The position numbers and the translations under genes are program-made. 64,000 nucleotides of DNA, from the NCBI GenBank assembly GCA_036381175.1, contig DASVDI010000018.1:67921-131920 (forward strand), in the 5' to 3' direction. The first letter of the stretch is position 1. Each line of letters begins with the position of its first letter. The stretch is from Gammaproteobacteria bacterium (GTDB lineage: Bacteria; Pseudomonadota; Gammaproteobacteria; Natronospirales; JAJUFS01). Positions 10,962 to 21,677 of the stretch are shown here, piece after piece. The notes beneath the pieces were generated by a model, which was given only the letters and a program-made list of their open reading frames with translations, made no database searches and was not told the DNA's origin.

Positions 10962-11711
10962 TTAATCGTTCTTCTTTATCAAATTCGCCGCACCGCGTCC
11001 TGCCGGCGTGGCGATGCCCGCGACCAGTCGCCGCCGGCGTTCCCACGCGGGGCGCACCGGCGTCATCGCGTACACGTGCTTGCGCGCCAAAATCGCGTAG
11101 GCGTTGCCGGGCAGCGGCAGCCAGCGCGGCCGTTCCAGCAATTCCAGGCGATCCAGCGTGGCGGCGTGACTGATTGGCGGGCGGCGGAACAGCCGCTCCG
11201 CCGCCAGCACCTGGAAGCCCAGCAGGTTCAACCAGTCGAGCAGGCGGCGCAGCGCCAGTGGTCGCCCGGATTCCGGGAAGTGGCGCGCGCGAAACACGCG
11301 CCTCGCCGACCACGCGCTCACCGGATTGAAGCCAAGAATCAGTACGTGTCCCTCGCCTACCAGCACGCGCTCGACTTCGCGCAACAGGCGCTGTGGCGAG
11401 GCGACGAATTCCAGCGTGTGCGGAAGCAGGATCGCGTCGACGGAATCGGAGGCGAGCGCGAGATTGTCGAACGGAGAGATGACGTCGCCATCGGCCTGCA
11501 TGCGCAGGCACCGGCGAATGGCGCAGGCATCGAGAAATGGCTCGCATGGCCACCAGCCGCCGACTGAAATCGCGATGAACCCGAAAACCCGCTCCAGCAG
11601 GCGCGCCGCAACCTCGCCCTCCGCCGCGAGCAGCGCCGCACCCAGCGGCGAGGCGAACCAGTCGTCAGGCGGCGGCAATTCGACGTGTGAATTTCTTGCA
11701 GGCATGAGCAT
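10962..11711 (-). CDS. Class I SAM-dependent methyltransferase (YafS-like)
   Basis: The position between gloB and rnhA mirrors the enterobacterial gloB-yafS-rnhA-dnaQ block. It has a methyltransferase-fold segment [11 protein letters not shown]...[22 protein letters not shown]. Confidence 0.65.
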   Translation of the reverse strand: MLMPARNSHVELPPPDDWFASPLGAALLAAEGEVAARLLERVFGFIAISVGGWWPCEPFLDACAIRRCLRMQADGDVISPFDNLALASDSVDAILLPHTLEFVASPQRLLREVERVLVGEGHVLILGFNPVSAWSARRVFRARHFPESGRPLALRRLLDWLNLLGFQVLAAERLFRRPPISHAATLDRLELLERPRWLPLPGNAYAILARKHVYAMTPVRPAWERRRRLVAGIATPAGRGAANLIKKND

Positions 11712-11761
11712 GACTTTACCACGCGCAAACGACGGGGCAGCGAGACTGCTACCATTGCCAC

Positions 11762-12547
11762 ATGCTCGAAGTCACTGCTGTTTCCGCGCTGCGCGACAAT
11801 TACATCTGGCTGATTCACGGCCGGAAGGATTCCGCGCGCAGAAGCGGGGCCGTGATCATTGTCGATCCGGGCGAAACCGCGCCTGTCGAGACGGCGATGG
11901 CCGCGCAAAACCTCACGCCCGCCGCGATTTTCATCACGCATCATCATCCCGATCACACCGGCGGCGCGGCGGCGCTCGCTGAACGTTTTTCGATCCCGGT
12001 GTTCGGGCCCTCGCGTGAAGCGCAAGGTGTGGTGACAACGCCGCTGCGCGACGGCGATCTCGCGTCACTGCCGGAACTCGGCCTGGAGTTCCAGGCGCTG
12101 GATATTCCCGGGCACACGCTTGGGCATATCGCGCTTTACGGTCACGGCGCGGTTTTCTGTGGCGACACCTTGTTCAGCGCCGGCTGCGGACGGCTTTTCG
12201 AAGGCACGCCCGAGCAGATGCTCGCCTCGCTGGAACGCCTCGCCGCCCTGCCCGGCGACACGCAAATTTACTGCGGCCACGAATACACCGCCGCCAATCT
12301 CGCCTTCGCGGCGACGGTCGAACCGGACAATTCGGCCACTGCGAGTTACCGGGAGGAAGTCGCAGCATTGCGCGACCGCAACATGCCAAGCCTGCCGTGC
12401 CGGATGGACCGGGAACGCACCGTGAATCCGTTTCTCCGAACGTCCGAAAATGCGATCCGCTTGGCTGTTGAAGAGTGGTCGGGGAAACACCTGAATGATA
12501 AGGTTCGCGTGTTTTCGGCCTTGCGCCGCTGGAAAGACCAATTCTAA
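11762..12547 (+). CDS. gloB: Hydroxyacylglutathione hydrolase (glyoxalase II)
   Basis: ALRDNYIWLI, the metallo-beta-lactamase motif THHHPDHTGG, and CGHEYT. Confidence 0.9.
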   Translation: MLEVTAVSALRDNYIWLIHGRKDSARRSGAVIIVDPGETAPVETAMAAQNLTPAAIFITHHHPDHTGGAAALAERFSIPVFGPSREAQGVVTTPLRDGDLASLPELGLEFQALDIPGHTLGHIALYGHGAVFCGDTLFSAGCGRLFEGTPEQMLASLERLAALPGDTQIYCGHEYTAANLAFAATVEPDNSATASYREEVAALRDRNMPSLPCRMDRERTVNPFLRTSENAIRLAVEEWSGKHLNDKVRVFSALRRWKDQF

Positions 12548-12623
12548 AGAGACTCCGTTTTCGCCAGCATGACGCGTCGCGGAATCTCCAGGTACACCGA
12601 CTTTTAACGGGCGGGACAACTCC

Positions 12624-14216
12624 ATGTCGATTCGTACGCTTTTCGCCGTCGTTGGCGTTCTCGCGCTGGGTGGCTGCGCGACCAATACATCGGAACCAGT
12701 CATCGACACCGCGGAAGTCGTGGTGCCGGCCGCGGCCGAAACCGCGGAAGCCGAAGCGCTTGTGTGCGCCATCGACGAAATGATCGACGCCGACGAGTTG
12801 CCTGTCGGTCCCGGCAATCTCTGGTTTCGCATCCGTGACGGTTTCGTGCTCGACAGCATCGAGAACCCGGAGATCAACGCGCAACTGGAATGGTACGCGG
12901 CGCATCAGGAGTACCTCGATCGCGTTGCGACACGCGCGACGCCCTACATGCACTTCATCGTCGAGGCGATTGAAGAGCGTGGCGTGCCGATGGAAATTGC
13001 GTTGCTGCCGATTGTCGAGAGCGCATTCGATCCCTTCGCTTATTCGCACGGTCGCGCCGCAGGCCTGTGGCAGTTCATTCCAGGCACGGGGCGGCGTTTC
13101 GATCTGAAGCAGAACTGGTGGTATGACGGGCGCCGTGATGTTGCACAAGCAACGCGCGCCGCACTCGAATACCTCGAATACCTGCACGGCATGTTCGATA
13201 ACTGGCTGCTTGCGCTCGCTGCCTACAATTCCGGCGAAGGCAACGTCAGCCGCGCGATCCGCTACAACGAAGCGCGCGGTCTCCCGACGGATTTCTGGCA
13301 CCTGCGCCTGCCGCGCGAAACACGCGCCTACGTGCCGAAACTGCTGGCATTGAAACTGCTGCTGGAAGAACCGGAAAAATACGGCGTGAACTGGAAGCCG
13401 ATTCCGGACGAGGCGTACCTAGCCAGCGTCGATGTCGGCCGGCAGATCGATCTCGCGCTCGCAGCAAGCCTCGCCGGCATTGATGTCGAACAGGTCTATC
13501 TGCTCAACCCCGGTTTCAACCGCTGGGCCACCGATCCGAACGGCCCGCACAATTTGCTGCTGCCGATCGAAACCGTCGAGACATTCAAAACCGCGCTCGC
13601 GGAACTTGGACCGCGCGACACGGTGAGCTGGGAGCGCCACCGGATTCGCTCTGGCGAAAGCCTGCTCAGCATCGCGAACCAGTACGAGACGACCGTTGAT
13701 CTCATCAAGGAGATCAACGGCATTCGCGGCAACCTGATCCGTGCCGGGGATACGCTGACCGTGCCGGTCGCGATGAAATCCCTGTCGCGTTACGCGCTCA
13801 GCGCGGAGAATCGCCTTGAAGCGAAACAGGACCGCGATCGCGACGGCCGCCGCGTGGATCATCGCGTGGCATCGGGCGAATCGTTCTGGAGCATCTCGCG
13901 CGAATACAACGTCGGCATTCGTGAACTTGCGGCGTGGAACGGCATGGCGCCAACTGATCCCCTGCGCGCCGGGCAAACGCTGGCCGTATGGACGGAAAAA
14001 CCGGCTGTGCTGGTTGCGACCAGTCTCGGTCCGTCCGAACGCCTGCGCACCATCACCTACACCGTTCGGCGCGGCGACTCGCTCGCGCGCATCGCGAATC
14101 GTTTCGAAGTGCGCATCAACGACATTGCACGCTGGAACGATCTTTCAACCGAGGATTACCTGCAGCCCGGGCAGCGTCTGACGCTGCGCGTCGATATCAC
14201 CAAGCAATCGACGTAA
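12624..14216 (+). CDS. mltD: Membrane-bound lytic murein transglycosylase D, a lipoprotein with an SLT domain and three LysM repeats
   Basis: Lipobox LALGGCA. SLT core IVESAFDPFAYSHGRAAGLWQFIPGTG...AAYNSGEGNV. Three LysM-like repeats (HRIRSGESLLSIANQY..., HRVASGESFWSISREY..., YTVRRGDSLARIANRF...). Confidence 0.88.
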   Translation: MSIRTLFAVVGVLALGGCATNTSEPVIDTAEVVVPAAAETAEAEALVCAIDEMIDADELPVGPGNLWFRIRDGFVLDSIENPEINAQLEWYAAHQEYLDRVATRATPYMHFIVEAIEERGVPMEIALLPIVESAFDPFAYSHGRAAGLWQFIPGTGRRFDLKQNWWYDGRRDVAQATRAALEYLEYLHGMFDNWLLALAAYNSGEGNVSRAIRYNEARGLPTDFWHLRLPRETRAYVPKLLALKLLLEEPEKYGVNWKPIPDEAYLASVDVGRQIDLALAASLAGIDVEQVYLLNPGFNRWATDPNGPHNLLLPIETVETFKTALAELGPRDTVSWERHRIRSGESLLSIANQYETTVDLIKEINGIRGNLIRAGDTLTVPVAMKSLSRYALSAENRLEAKQDRDRDGRRVDHRVASGESFWSISREYNVGIRELAAWNGMAPTDPLRAGQTLAVWTEKPAVLVATSLGPSERLRTITYTVRRGDSLARIANRFEVRINDIARWNDLSTEDYLQPGQRLTLRVDITKQST

Positions 14217-14249
14217 AATTCGAGAACAAACAGAACAAGGAACGAAGCC

Positions 14250-15032
14250 ATGGGTTTTCTGAAAGGCAAGCGCGCACTCATTACGGGACTCGCGAGCAAT
14301 CGCTCCATCGCCTGGGGCATCGCGCAGGCGATGAAACGCGAAGGCGCCGAACTCGCGCTGACTTACGTCGGCGACAAGCTCAAGGGCCGCGTCGAGGAAT
14401 TCGCCAAGGAACTCGGCAGCGATATCGTGCTGTCGCTGGATGTCGGCAGCGACGAGGAAATCAATACATTGCCGGAGCGCCTGGGCAAGCACTGGGATTC
14501 GCTCGACATCGTGGTGCATTCCATCGGCTTCGCACCGCGCGACCAGCTTGAAGGCCGCTACATTGATGCGGTGAATCGCGAAGGTTTCACGATCGCGCAT
14601 GACATCAGCTCATACAGTTTTGCCGCGCTCGCAAAAGCGACATGGCCGATGATGAAAGGTCACGGCGCGTATCTCACCTTGAGTTATCTTGGCGCCGTGC
14701 AGGCCGTGCCGAATTACAACGTGATGGGTCTTGCGAAAGCGAGCCTTGAAGCGAACGTGCGTTTCCTCGCGCAGGATCTCGGTCCGGAAGGCATTCGCGT
14801 CAATGCGATTTCAGCCGGTCCGATCAAGACGCTGGCTGCCGCCGGCATCAGCGGTTTTCGAAAAATGCTCGATCATGTCGCGAAGGTCGCACCGATGCGT
14901 CGCAACGTGACGACGGATGATGTCGGCAATGCAGCCGCCTTCCTTTGCTCCGATCTCGCCAACGGCATTACCGGCGAAATCATTTATGTCGACAACGGTT
15001 ATCACAACATAGGGATGTCACTGGACGACTGA
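14250..15032 (+). CDS. fabI: Enoyl-[acyl-carrier-protein] reductase (NADH) FabI
   Basis: [50 protein letters not shown]. Confidence 0.95.
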   Translation: MGFLKGKRALITGLASNRSIAWGIAQAMKREGAELALTYVGDKLKGRVEEFAKELGSDIVLSLDVGSDEEINTLPERLGKHWDSLDIVVHSIGFAPRDQLEGRYIDAVNREGFTIAHDISSYSFAALAKATWPMMKGHGAYLTLSYLGAVQAVPNYNVMGLAKASLEANVRFLAQDLGPEGIRVNAISAGPIKTLAAAGISGFRKMLDHVAKVAPMRRNVTTDDVGNAAAFLCSDLANGITGEIIYVDNGYHNIGMSLDD

Positions 15033-15051
15033 TCAGTCGAACGGAAAAAGC

Positions 15052-15079
15052 AAAAAGCCGGGATGTTCCCCGGCTTTTT
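15052..15079. terminator. Bidirectional intrinsic terminator between convergent fabI and the symporter gene
   Basis: AAAAAGCCGGG-atgttc-CCCGGCTTTTT, a symmetric A-run/T-run hairpin. Confidence 0.75.
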
Positions 15080-15113
15080 GCTTTCTGGTCTTCGGACTGG
15101 CCGATTCCCGCTG

Positions 15114-16415
15114 CTACTTGTACTCCAACCTGTCCTTCGCATCACCTGCCAGCAGGCCTTCCTCGCCCTGCAGCCGCGCGACGATGACTGCTGTTGCGCC
15201 ATCACCGAGCACGTTCACGCTAGTGCGCAACATGTCCAGCACGCGGTCAAACACGAACAGCACGCCCATCGCTTCCAGCGGCAAGCCGACGGCTGTGAGA
15301 ATCATGCCGATGGCCACCAGCGACGCCGATGGCACGCCGGCAACGCCAATCGACGTAATGAGGGCCGTCAGCACAATGACGAACTGGGTCGTGAAGGTGA
15401 GATTGAGTCCGTAGGCCTGCGCGAGAAACATCACGGCGACACATTCGTACAGCGCTGTCCCGTTCATGTTGACGGTCGCGCCCAGCGGCAGGACGAAACT
15501 CGATGTCCGGTTGGAAACGCCCGCATTCTTTTCCACGCAGTCCATGGTGATGGGCAAGGTGCCGGAGGAAGACGCGGTCGAGAATGCCGTCAACAGCGCC
15601 GGCGAAATCGCGCGGTACAGTTTCCAGGGATTGACGCGCGCGAACAGCCAGATCAGCAGCGGCATCGTGATCAGCGCATGCGTGAAAAGCGCGGCCACCA
15701 CTGTGAGTGCGAAAACGCCGAGCGGGCGAACCGCGTCGAAACCCGTTTCCGCCACGACGGCCGCTACCAGTCCGAACACTCCGATGGGCGCAAAGCGCAT
15801 GACGAACTCGGTGATCTTCATCATCACCTGGAATACCGAGTTCCAGAAGTTGTACAACGGTTGCGCGTGCTCGTCGCCGACGCGCGTGATGAAGAATCCG
15901 AACAGGATGGCGAAGAAGATCAGCGCCAGCATGTCCCCGTTGTTCGACGCCGTTGCAACGATGTTCTCCGGCACCATGCGAACGAACATGTCAACTAGTT
16001 CGCCCAGCCCTCCGCTGGTCGCAAGGTCCTGCTTCACTTCCTGCTTGCCGACTTCCAGGGCGAGCTGGTCACGCACCGGCTTACCGTTTTCAACGCCAGG
16101 CTCGACCACATTGACGTACGCAAGTCCGACCAGGACCGCGAGCAGGCCCGTGAACATGTAAAGACCGATCGTCTTCCCACCCAGCTTGCCGAGATCCTCG
16201 CCACGTCCGATGCCTGCAATGCCGACAAGAATGGACGAGAAGATCAGCGGCACGATGATCATCTTCAAAGCGTTGAGGAATATCTCGCCGAGGAAGCTGT
16301 AGAGCGCGTGGAACGTGAAACTACCGATACCGCCATCAGTGCCGGACCACCATCCGGCAAGCGCGGCGAGAACGATGGCGATCAGTATCTGCCAGTGCAG
16401 CGCGAGTTTTTTCAT
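15114..16415 (-). CDS. Dicarboxylate/amino acid:cation symporter (DAACS family)
   Basis: 433 aa and polytopic. Seen: MKKLALHWQILIAIVLA, SSSGTLP, and a GATVNMNGTALYE-type reentrant loop motif. Confidence 0.85.
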   Translation of the reverse strand: MKKLALHWQILIAIVLAALAGWWSGTDGGIGSFTFHALYSFLGEIFLNALKMIIVPLIFSSILVGIAGIGRGEDLGKLGGKTIGLYMFTGLLAVLVGLAYVNVVEPGVENGKPVRDQLALEVGKQEVKQDLATSGGLGELVDMFVRMVPENIVATASNNGDMLALIFFAILFGFFITRVGDEHAQPLYNFWNSVFQVMMKITEFVMRFAPIGVFGLVAAVVAETGFDAVRPLGVFALTVVAALFTHALITMPLLIWLFARVNPWKLYRAISPALLTAFSTASSSGTLPITMDCVEKNAGVSNRTSSFVLPLGATVNMNGTALYECVAVMFLAQAYGLNLTFTTQFVIVLTALITSIGVAGVPSASLVAIGMILTAVGLPLEAMGVLFVFDRVLDMLRTSVNVLGDGATAVIVARLQGEEGLLAGDAKDRLEYK

Positions 16416-16443
16416 CTCCGCCTCCCCCGGTCAAGCCGGGTAT

Positions 16444-18345
16444 TTATTCTTGTGTCGGTTCGCGCGACTGCCCGCGAACGGTGACGTCGGCACTTTCGCG
16501 CATTTCGGCGAGATAGGCGGCCGTTGCGACAGAAGCCTCGCGCTGTCCCAACGTGCGTTGCCGCGTTTCCTGTTCAGAGGCCGTAAGGCCCGCAAAATTT
16601 CCCGGCAGCACTTCGCTCAGTTGGAACACGACGAAGTCGTTGTTTTCCACCGGTGTCATGGCAAGCGTCGGGCCATCAACCGGATATTCGGCACTGAACA
16701 GCGCTTCGGCGTAAGCCGCGCTGATATCCGGCGTCTGCCGGTACGTGACGCTCTCGTCGCGGAACGTGAATTCTTCCGTCGCCGCGATGTCGGCGAGCGA
16801 TTCGCCCGCTCGTGCACGTTCGAGAATTTCATTCGCTTTCGCGCGCGCCATTTCCGTTGCGCGCTCCGCACGCAACTGCTGGCGAACCTGGTCTTCCACG
16901 GCAGCGAGCGGCTTCGGTTCGGCCGGCTGGTGATCCGTCACGCGCACCACTACCACGTGCTCGTCGCTCAGCTGGATCGGATCGGAGTTGAGTCCGTCCT
17001 TGAGCACCGAGTCGCTGAACAATGCTTCGCGCACTTCCGCGTTCTGTGCAAGTCCCGGCCCCGCGTTGCGCTTCACATCCGTGATCTCCTGGATTTCCAG
17101 ATCCAGTTCCTCGGCGGCCGTGCCGAGACTGCCATCATCACGGAACGCGGCGTCGGCAAGCTGGCGGACAGCTTCTTCAAACCGCTCCTGTGCCTGCTCA
17201 GCCTGGTAATCGGCAGCAAGTTCGTCGCGGATTTCTTCGAATGCCGGCAACTCCGGCGCCTTGATGTCGTCCAGGCGAATGATGTGAAAACCGAAGTCCG
17301 TCTGCACCGGACCGCTGATTTCGCCTTCCTGCATCGAGAACAGCGCTTCTTCGAATGCGCCCTCCAGCTGACCCCGCTGGATCAGTCCCAGGCTGCCGCC
17401 TTCTTCGGCGGAAACGGTATCGTCGGAAACTTCTGCTGCGACCGCCGCGAAATCTTCGCCCGACTGGATGCGTTCAAGAACCGCTTCGGCTTTGGCTCTC
17501 GCGGCTTCATCGTCGCCCGCAATGAGAATATGACTCGCCGCACGCTGCTCCTGCGATGCGTAACGGTCAGCGCGGCTCGAATACAATTCGCGCAGCGTTT
17601 CGTCCGACACCTCGATCTGCCCGGCGAACCGGTCCTTCGTCAACTCGACATACGCAGCATCAACGGTTTCCTCCGTCAGGAACCGCATCTTGTTGCTTTC
17701 GTAATAGTCAGCAACATCGTCATTGGTGATCTCGACGGCATCGGTGAACGATTCGTCGGGCACGATGACTGCGCTATGGCGGCGGCCCTGTTCTTCGATC
17801 GCCATGACAATGGCGGCTTCGCGTGGCGTTGCGAACTCGCTCGCGACAACGCCCTGCTGCAACTGTTCCAGCGCAAGATCACGGCGCAACAGCGCTTCGA
17901 ATGTCGTTGGCGAACGACCGGCCGCGCTCAGCGTCTGGCGATAAAGCTCCGGTGAGAACTTGCCGTTTTCCTGGAAGGCGGGAACGCTCAGAATCCGCTC
18001 GCGCAGTTGTTCATCGCTCGCGCGGTAACCGGCGTCGCGCATTTTCTGGCGCAACAACTCTTCCATGATCAACTGGTTCAGTTGCTCGCTGCGCAGTGCC
18101 TGCTCGTTGATGAGATCAGCGGGAAGTTGATCGCCGAATGCCTGCAAGAGCTGGCGATAGCGTTGCTGGTAGGCCTGCTCAAGAGCAAAGTCCGAAATCT
18201 CCTCGCCGTTCACGGTCGCGGCGGAAGTGCTCGCGTTGGTATCGAAATACTGGCTGATACCCCAGAACGCAAAAGGTACGCAAAGGAACAGAACAATGAT
18301 CCACGCTCCCACGCCCTTGATGTTTTCTCTAATACTTTGCAGCAT
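16444..18345 (-). CDS. ppiD: Periplasmic chaperone / peptidyl-prolyl isomerase PpiD
   Basis: MLQSIRENIKGVGAWIIVLFLCVPFAFWG signal anchor, a parvulin-like segment ASHILI...FGFHIIRL, and a conserved position after hupB. Confidence 0.88.
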   Translation of the reverse strand: MLQSIRENIKGVGAWIIVLFLCVPFAFWGISQYFDTNASTSAATVNGEEISDFALEQAYQQRYRQLLQAFGDQLPADLINEQALRSEQLNQLIMEELLRQKMRDAGYRASDEQLRERILSVPAFQENGKFSPELYRQTLSAAGRSPTTFEALLRRDLALEQLQQGVVASEFATPREAAIVMAIEEQGRRHSAVIVPDESFTDAVEITNDDVADYYESNKMRFLTEETVDAAYVELTKDRFAGQIEVSDETLRELYSSRADRYASQEQRAASHILIAGDDEAARAKAEAVLERIQSGEDFAAVAAEVSDDTVSAEEGGSLGLIQRGQLEGAFEEALFSMQEGEISGPVQTDFGFHIIRLDDIKAPELPAFEEIRDELAADYQAEQAQERFEEAVRQLADAAFRDDGSLGTAAEELDLEIQEITDVKRNAGPGLAQNAEVREALFSDSVLKDGLNSDPIQLSDEHVVVVRVTDHQPAEPKPLAAVEDQVRQQLRAERATEMARAKANEILERARAGESLADIAATEEFTFRDESVTYRQTPDISAAYAEALFSAEYPVDGPTLAMTPVENNDFVVFQLSEVLPGNFAGLTASEQETRQRTLGQREASVATAAYLAEMRESADVTVRGQSREPTQE

Positions 18346-18402
18346 CGTTCGAAGTCCTGCTGATGTCGGCTTGTTTTGAAAGGGTCGGGTTTACCGGCCC
18401 GG

Positions 18403-18437
18403 AAAAACAAAAGGGCGCTCTTTCCGGAGCGCCCTTT
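18403..18437 (-). terminator. Rho-independent terminator after tRNA-Asp
   Basis: Minus strand reads AAAGGGCGCTC-cggaaa-GAGCGCCCTTT followed by TGTTTTT. Confidence 0.7.
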
Positions 18438-18454
18438 CGCGGTAAACAAACAAG

Positions 18455-18531
18455 TGGCGGAGTGGACGGGACTCGAACCCGCGACCCCCGGCGTGACAGG
18501 CCGGTATTCTAACCAGCTGAACTACCACTCC
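18455..18531 (-). tRNA. tRNA-Asp (anticodon GUC)
   Basis: Reverse complement is GGAGTGGTAGTTCAGCTGGTTAGAATACCGGCCTGTCACGCCGGGGGTCGCGGGTTCGAGTCCCGTCCACTCCGCCA. Confidence 0.95.
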
Positions 18532-18538
18532 GCGTCGT

Positions 18539-18614
18539 TGGTGGGTGCTGCAGGGTTTGAACCTGCGACCCTCGCCTTGTAAGGGCGATGCTCTACCAGC
18601 TGAGCTAAGCACCC
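18539..18614 (-). tRNA. tRNA-Val (anticodon UAC)
   Basis: Reverse complement is GGGTGCTTAGCTCAGCTGGTAGAGCATCGCCCTTACAAGGCGAGGGTCGCAGGTTCAAACCCTGCAGCACCCACCA. Confidence 0.95.
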
Positions 18615-18628
18615 CCTCAAGAAGCGCG

Positions 18629-18901
18629 CTAGTTTACAGCGTCCTTGAGCGCTTTGCCAGCCTTGAATCCGGGCACATTGCTTGCCGCGATCTGGATTGC
18701 CTGACCGGTCTGCGGGTTGCGACCCGTGCGTGCGGCACGCGCTTTGACTTGAAACGTGCCAAATCCGACCAGTGTCACCTGGTCGCCATTCTTCAACGTG
18801 TTGGTGATCGTGCCAAGAACGGATTCAACCGCCTTCGTGGCATCTGCTTTCGACAGATCCGCACTCGCGGCAACGGCTTCGATCAATTCTGCTTTATTCA
18901 T
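18629..18901 (-). CDS. hupB: DNA-binding protein HU-beta
   Basis: [12 protein letters not shown]...[45 protein letters not shown]. Confidence 0.95.
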   Translation of the reverse strand: MNKAELIEAVAASADLSKADATKAVESVLGTITNTLKNGDQVTLVGFGTFQVKARAARTGRNPQTGQAIQIAASNVPGFKAGKALKDAVN

Positions 18902-19102
18902 CTTTATTATCCCCCTGTAGGTGGATTTCTGTTCCCGGGACGTCCCCGGCTTCCCCGTATGGCCACCGGCCCTCGAAATTGCGGCCAGTCAAAAAATACC
19001 TGTCGCAGTAATTTCGATGAAACGATTCTGCGAAAGGATTCCAGGTTTCAAAAGCGCAAACCGGCGCCCGTCGGGGCTTTTCGCGATTCTACGTTGCGGC
19101 GT

Positions 19103-19132
19103 TTTATACCAAGCGAAAAAAACGCGTGTCAA
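19103..19132 (-). promoter_or_regulatory. Candidate sigma70 promoter for hupB
   Basis: Minus strand reads TTGACA-18 nt-TATAAA just after the lon stop. It would give a roughly 195-nt leader, so it is uncertain. Confidence 0.3.
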
Positions 19133-19138
19133 CAGAAT

Positions 19139-21583
19139 CTAGTGTGGTCGCGTCGGCGGCGGCGGCGTTTTTTCATCCGTGGACGCGTCTTGCGCCTTCA
19201 CGTTCTCCGCAGGTATCTCGCTTTTCGCAGTGGTTCCCGACAAATGCTGGAGTGCGACTTCAAAAACGGAATCAATCCATTTAACGGGACGAACGTCGAG
19301 TTCCTTGCGAATATCCGCCGGAATATCCTGCAGGTCCTTCTCGTTTTCTTCAGGGATGAGAACAACCTTGATGCCGCCGCGGTGCGCCGCCAGCAGTTTT
19401 TCCTTGAGACCGCCGATCGGCAGCACTTCACCGCGCAAGGTGATTTCGCCCGTCATGGCAACATCCGCGCGCACCGGAATTCCCGTCAATGCAGAAACCA
19501 GCGCCGTGCACATGCCGATGCCGGCGCTCGGTCCGTCTTTCGGCGTCGCACCCTCGGGAACGTGGATGTGTACATCGATATTCTGGTGAAAATCATCTTT
19601 GAAACCGAACGCCTTTGCGCGACTGCGCACCACGGTCATGGCGGCGTGAATCGATTCCTGCATGACGTCGCCAAGCTTGCCGGTATGAATCAGCTTGCCC
19701 TTGCCCGGCACGATGGCTGACTCGATCGTCAGCAGTTCGCCACCGACTTCCGTCCACGCCAGGCCCGTGACCTGTCCTACCTGGTCCTTTTCTTCCGCGC
19801 GTCCGTAACGGAAACGACGCACGCCGAGATATTTATCCAGGTTTTCCGGCGTCACCTTCAGCGGACCGTCGCCCGGTTCCAGCAGAAGTTGCTTGACCAC
19901 CTTGCGGCATATTTTTGCCATTTCGCGTTCAAGGCTGCGCACGCCGGCTTCGCGAGTGTAGTGACGCACGACAGTCCGGACAGTGTCTTCGCCGATCTCG
20001 ATCTCGGATGACTTCAGTCCGTTCGCCTTGACCTGTTTCGGAATCAGGTAACGCAAGGCGATGTTGATCTTCTCTTCTTCCGTGTAACCGGCAAGACGAA
20101 TGACTTCCATGCGATCCAGCAGCGGCCCTGGAATGTTCATGGTGTTCGCCGTCGCAACGAACATCACGTCGGAAAGGTCGTAATCCACTTCCAGGTAATG
20201 ATCGGAAAAGGTGCCGTTCTGTTCCGGGTCCAGCACTTCGAGCATGGCGGACGAGGGATCACCGCGGAAATCCATCGACATCTTGTCGATTTCATCAAGC
20301 AGGAAGAGCGGATTCTTCACGCCGACCTTGCTCATGTTCTGGATGATCTTGCCCGGCATGGAGCCGATGTACGTGCGGCGATGACCGCGAATTTCCGCTT
20401 CGTCGCGCACGCCGCCCAGCGACATGCGCACGAACTTCCGATTGGTCGCATGCGCGATGCTCTGGCCCAGCGAGGTCTTGCCAACGCCCGGCGGACCGAC
20501 GAGACAGAGAATCGGGCCTTTCAGCTTGCGCACGCGCTGCTGCACGGCAAGGTATTCGACAATGCGTTCCTTGATTCGCTCAAGGCCATAGTGATCCGCT
20601 TCGAGCACTTCCTCGGCTTTTTTCAGGTCATGCCGGATGCGCGTGCGTTTTTTCCACGGCACGTTCACCAATGTTTCGATGTAATTGCGCACGACCGTCG
20701 CTTCGGCAGACATCGGCGACATCAGCTTGAGCTTGTTGAGTTCCGAGCTGGCCTTGTCGGCAGCCTCTTTCGGCATGCCGGCGTTCTTGATCTTGTCTTC
20801 GAGATCCTCGATTTCGTTCGGCGTGTCTTCCAGCTCGCCCAGTTCCTTCTGAATGGCCTTCATCTGTTCGTTGAGGTAGTACTCGCGCTGGCTCTTCTCC
20901 ATCTGCTGCTTAACGCGGCCGCGAATGCGCTTCTCGATCTGCATGAGATCGATTTCACCTTCGATCAACGCCATCACGTGTTCGAGGCGTTCGCGCACGG
21001 ATTCGAGTTCCAGCAGTTTCTGCTTTTCCTCGATCTTCAAGGTCATGTGCGCCGCAATCGTGTCGGCAAGGCGGCTCGGTGAATCGATGCCGGCCAGGCT
21101 GGTGAGAATTTCCGGCGGCACTTTCTTGTTGAGCTTCACGTACTGATCGAACAGCGACATCACCGAGCGCATCAGCACATCGACTTCGCGTTCGTCGTAA
21201 CCGGTGTCCTCGTTGATCATCTCGACATCGGCGACAAAGTGATCGCCGGATTTCAGCTTCGAAATGCGCGCGCGCTGTCCGCCCTCGACCAGCACCTTCA
21301 CAGTACCGTCCGGCAGCTTCAACAACTGCAGCACGGTCGCCAGCACACCGACACGATGAAGGTCTTCGGCCGCGGGTTCATCAACTTCGGCACGTTTCTG
21401 CGCGACCAGCACAATCTGCTTGCCGCCCTTCATCGCCTCGTCCAGCGCAAGGATCGATTTCTCCCGGCCTACGAACAGGGGAATGACCATGTGCGGGTAA
21501 ACGACAACGTCGCGCAGCGGCAGCAGCGCGACGGTCTGGGGCTTGTCGGAAATCATTTCTCGGCTTTGATCTTCACTCGCCAC
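19139..21583 (-). CDS. lon: ATP-dependent Lon protease
   Basis: [23 protein letters not shown], Walker [10 protein letters not shown], and the catalytic [11 protein letters not shown] start preceded by GAGGAAG. Confidence 0.96.
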   Translation of the reverse strand: MASEDQSREMISDKPQTVALLPLRDVVVYPHMVIPLFVGREKSILALDEAMKGGKQIVLVAQKRAEVDEPAAEDLHRVGVLATVLQLLKLPDGTVKVLVEGGQRARISKLKSGDHFVADVEMINEDTGYDEREVDVLMRSVMSLFDQYVKLNKKVPPEILTSLAGIDSPSRLADTIAAHMTLKIEEKQKLLELESVRERLEHVMALIEGEIDLMQIEKRIRGRVKQQMEKSQREYYLNEQMKAIQKELGELEDTPNEIEDLEDKIKNAGMPKEAADKASSELNKLKLMSPMSAEATVVRNYIETLVNVPWKKRTRIRHDLKKAEEVLEADHYGLERIKERIVEYLAVQQRVRKLKGPILCLVGPPGVGKTSLGQSIAHATNRKFVRMSLGGVRDEAEIRGHRRTYIGSMPGKIIQNMSKVGVKNPLFLLDEIDKMSMDFRGDPSSAMLEVLDPEQNGTFSDHYLEVDYDLSDVMFVATANTMNIPGPLLDRMEVIRLAGYTEEEKINIALRYLIPKQVKANGLKSSEIEIGEDTVRTVVRHYTREAGVRSLEREMAKICRKVVKQLLLEPGDGPLKVTPENLDKYLGVRRFRYGRAEEKDQVGQVTGLAWTEVGGELLTIESAIVPGKGKLIHTGKLGDVMQESIHAAMTVVRSRAKAFGFKDDFHQNIDVHIHVPEGATPKDGPSAGIGMCTALVSALTGIPVRADVAMTGEITLRGEVLPIGGLKEKLLAAHRGGIKVVLIPEENEKDLQDIPADIRKELDVRPVKWIDSVFEVALQHLSGTTAKSEIPAENVKAQDASTDEKTPPPPTRPH

Positions 21584-21677
21584 GGGTCTTCCTCACGAAA
21601 CTTTCCCGCGAACGCGGGTACAAGGCGCATGAAACGCCGGGAATGCCGCCGTTGAACCGGCGGCAGGCGTTTTACGG

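Noticed and set aside
21584-21677. Looked for a sigma32 heat-shock promoter upstream of lon (and of clpP) like the one found for htpX.
   Set aside because: CTTGTAC is present but no CCCCAT-type -10 lies at 13-15 nt. The GCCGCCG-gttcaa-CGGCGGC hairpin lacks a T-tract. No call is made.
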